Source: Malacoraja senta (taxonomy: Eukaryota). Taken from it: 64,000 bases of DNA. Position numbers and translations under genes: made by a program. Shown one piece after another: positions 61,461 through 64,000 of this stretch (position 1 is its first letter; each line of letters opens with the position of its first letter). The notes beneath the pieces were generated by a model. It worked only from the letters and a program-made list of their open reading frames with translations. It was not told where the DNA came from and searched no databases. Where the stretch lies: contig JAXLNO010000188.1 in the NCBI GenBank assembly GCA_038087875.1, positions 1 to 64,000 of the forward strand, written 5' to 3'.

Positions 61461-62163
61461 CTGCGAACAGAAAACACCACCGTCAACAACCCCCCCCCCC
61501 CCCAGAGATTAGCTCTCAGGAGGAAAAATGGTATTAAACGATCAAATGTCTTCAATGAAGTTAGCATGGGATATAATATCATGGACACTCCCTCCTCTCC
61601 CCCTCCCATCAGGCAAAAGGTATAGAAGTGTGAAAACGCACACCTTCAGATTCAGTCACAGTTTCTTCCCAGCTGTTATCAGGCAACTGAATCATCCTAC
61701 CACAACCACAGAGCAGTGCTGAACTATTATCTACCTCTTTGGTAACCCGCGGACTATCCTTGATCGGACTTTGCTGGCTTTACCTTGCACTAAACGTTAT
61801 TCCCTTATCATGTATCTATACACTGCAAATGACTCGATTGTAATCATGTATTGTCTTTCTGCTGACTGGATAGCACGCGACAAAAGCTCTTCACTGTACC
61901 TCGGTGCACGTGAGAATAAACTAAACTAAAGATATAAGGTACACAAAAATGCTGGAGAAACTCAGCGGGTGCAGCAGCATCTATGGAGCGAAGGAAATAG
62001 GCAACGTTTTGGGCCGAAACCCTTCTTCAGACTATAAGGTACTTGGGACCTATCTCCTCTGTGGGCGCGATAACCCTTGCAACCACGAGGAGGAGCCAGT
62101 GAGCTGTATTCAGGCCTCTTGCACAGCTGTCCAGACAGACAGACCTTTGGGATGAGGTTTCAT

Positions 62164-62989
62164 CCAATAGACAATAGACAATAGGTGCAGGAGTAGGTCA
62201 TTCAGCCATTCGGCCCTTCGAGCCAGCACTGCCATTCAATGTCATCATGGCTGATTATCCCCATCAGCACCCCCGTACCTGCCTTCTCCCCATATCCTCT
62301 GACTCCGCTATCTGTAAGAGCCCTATCTAGCTCTCTCTTGAAAGTATCAATACTCCAGGTGTGGTCTCACTAAGGCCCTGTGCAACTGCAGAAGGACCTC
62401 TTTGCTCCTGTACTCAACTACTCTTGTTATGAAGGCCAACATGCCATTCACTTTCTTCACTGCCTGCTGTACCTGCTTGCTAACTTTCATTGACTGATGA
62501 ACAAGGAGCCCCAGATCCTATTGTACTTCCCCTTTTCCCAACTTGACACCATTTACATAATAATCTGCCTCCCTGTTTTTGCTACCAAAGTGGATAACCT
62601 CACATTTATCTGCATTAAACTGCATCTGCCATGCATCTGCCCACTCACCCAACCTGTCCAAGTCACCCTGCATTCTCATAGCATCCTCCTCACAGCTCAC
62701 ACTGCCACCCAGCTTTGTGTCATCTGCAAATTTGCTAATGTTACTTTGAATCCCTTCATCTAAATCATTGATGTATATTGTAAATAGCTGCGGTCCCAGC
62801 ACCGAGCCTTGCGGTCTCCCACTAGTCCCCCACTGCCATTCCGAAAGGGACCCATTAATCCCTACACTTTGTTTCCTGGCCAACCAATTTTCTATCCATG
62901 TCAGCACTCTACCCCAATACCATGTGCCCTAATTTTGCCCACTATCTCCTATGTGGGACCTTATCAAATGCTTTCTGAACGTCCAGGTA
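62164..62989 (-). mobile_element. CR1 LINE fragment running into the gap
   Basis: QKAFDKVPH, QGSVLGP and FADDTKL motifs; (TATTGTC)n tail. Confidence 0.9.
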
Positions 62990-63189
62990 NNNNNNNNNNN
63001 NNNNNNNNNNNNNNNNNNNNNNNNNNNNNNNNNNNNNNNNNNNNNNNNNNNNNNNNNNNNNNNNNNNNNNNNNNNNNNNNNNNNNNNNNNNNNNNNNNNN
63101 NNNNNNNNNNNNNNNNNNNNNNNNNNNNNNNNNNNNNNNNNNNNNNNNNNNNNNNNNNNNNNNNNNNNNNNNNNNNNNNNNNNNNNNNN
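62990..63189. other. Assembly gap (200 N)
   Basis: Run of N. Confidence 1.
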
Positions 63190-64000
63190 GCACTCTGTGC
63201 TTGACGGAGTACATTCAGATCTTAGCCAGCGGCAGAAGATTCCAAGTCAGGAGAAAACCCTGGACCGCTGCTTGCCCTCAAACAGATGGTTAAGGAGAAA
63301 CGAGTTACTGACTACATTGATTGATTTTTAAATGCAGCATGGAAACAGGCCCTTCGGCCCACCGAGTCCACGCAGACCACCGATCACCCGTTTGCACACT
63401 AGTTCTATGTCATCCCATGTTCCTATCCACTCCCCACACACCAGGGGCAATTTACAGAAGGCCAATTAGCCTACAAACCCACAAGTCTTTGGCATGTGGG
63501 CGGAAGCCTAGTCACAGGGAGAACGTGCAAACTCCACGCAGACAGCGCCCGAGGTCTGTATCGAACAATGGGTGTCTCTGGTGCTGTGAGGCAGTGGCTC
63601 TAGCAGCTGCCCAACGTGCCACCTTAGTGCAGAGATCTGAAGGGCACTGTTGGTAAGGGTTCACCGCTGTGACTCTCCCAGAGGCAGAGAGGCTCACACG
63701 TAACCCATTCCTTCTACCAGAGATGCTGCCAGCATTTTGTGTCTATTTCAGTGTAAACCAGCATCTGCAGTTCCTTCCTCCACATACGGTATTATCATTG
63801 TACAAGTAGCAGAAACAAGGAACTGCAGGTGCTGGTTAATACACGAAAGGGCACAAAGTGCTGGAGTAACTCAGCGGGTCAGGCAGCATCTCTAGAGAAC
63901 GTGGATAGGTGCCGTTCGGGTCGGGACCCTTCTTCAGACTCTCGCTCCGGAACTGGGCCTGGAATCCAGGTCAGTTGACGGCCTCGGCCTGCTGCCGGCC

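Noticed and set aside
63190..63290. Exon-like unique sequence after the second gap
   Set aside because: No recognisable protein and no match to SLC47A exon 9; context unknown.

Overview
Vertebrate genomic DNA, most likely from a cartilaginous fish (skate/ray-like), inferred from abundant HE1/V-SINE-type and CR1 repeats. It has two 200-N assembly gaps. Genes: (1) the 3' end of an ALDH3A2-like fatty aldehyde dehydrogenase (+); (2) an SLC47A/MATE transporter gene on + (11748-37838), with 14 of the 17 expected exons found and exons 5-7 probably in the gap; (3) a convergent SLC47A paralogue on - (exons 10-17, 61460-47552). The rest is dense with CR1, L2 and Rex/Babar LINE pieces, tRNA-derived V-SINEs, Penelope-like short palindromic elements, and Harbinger- and MULE-type MITEs. 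Most notable: a 126-bp, TSD-flanked, (GAA)n-tailed insertion (29614-29739, -) whose 5' 54 nt fold as a minimal HDV/CPEB3-type self-cleaving ribozyme. Also found: many dispersed hammerhead-like cores in Penelope-derived elements, an inverted intergenic copy of an SLC47A intron, a GC-AG intron and a TE-derived splice acceptor. All calls were made by eye, without database searches; human reference sequences and exon sizes are quoted from memory.
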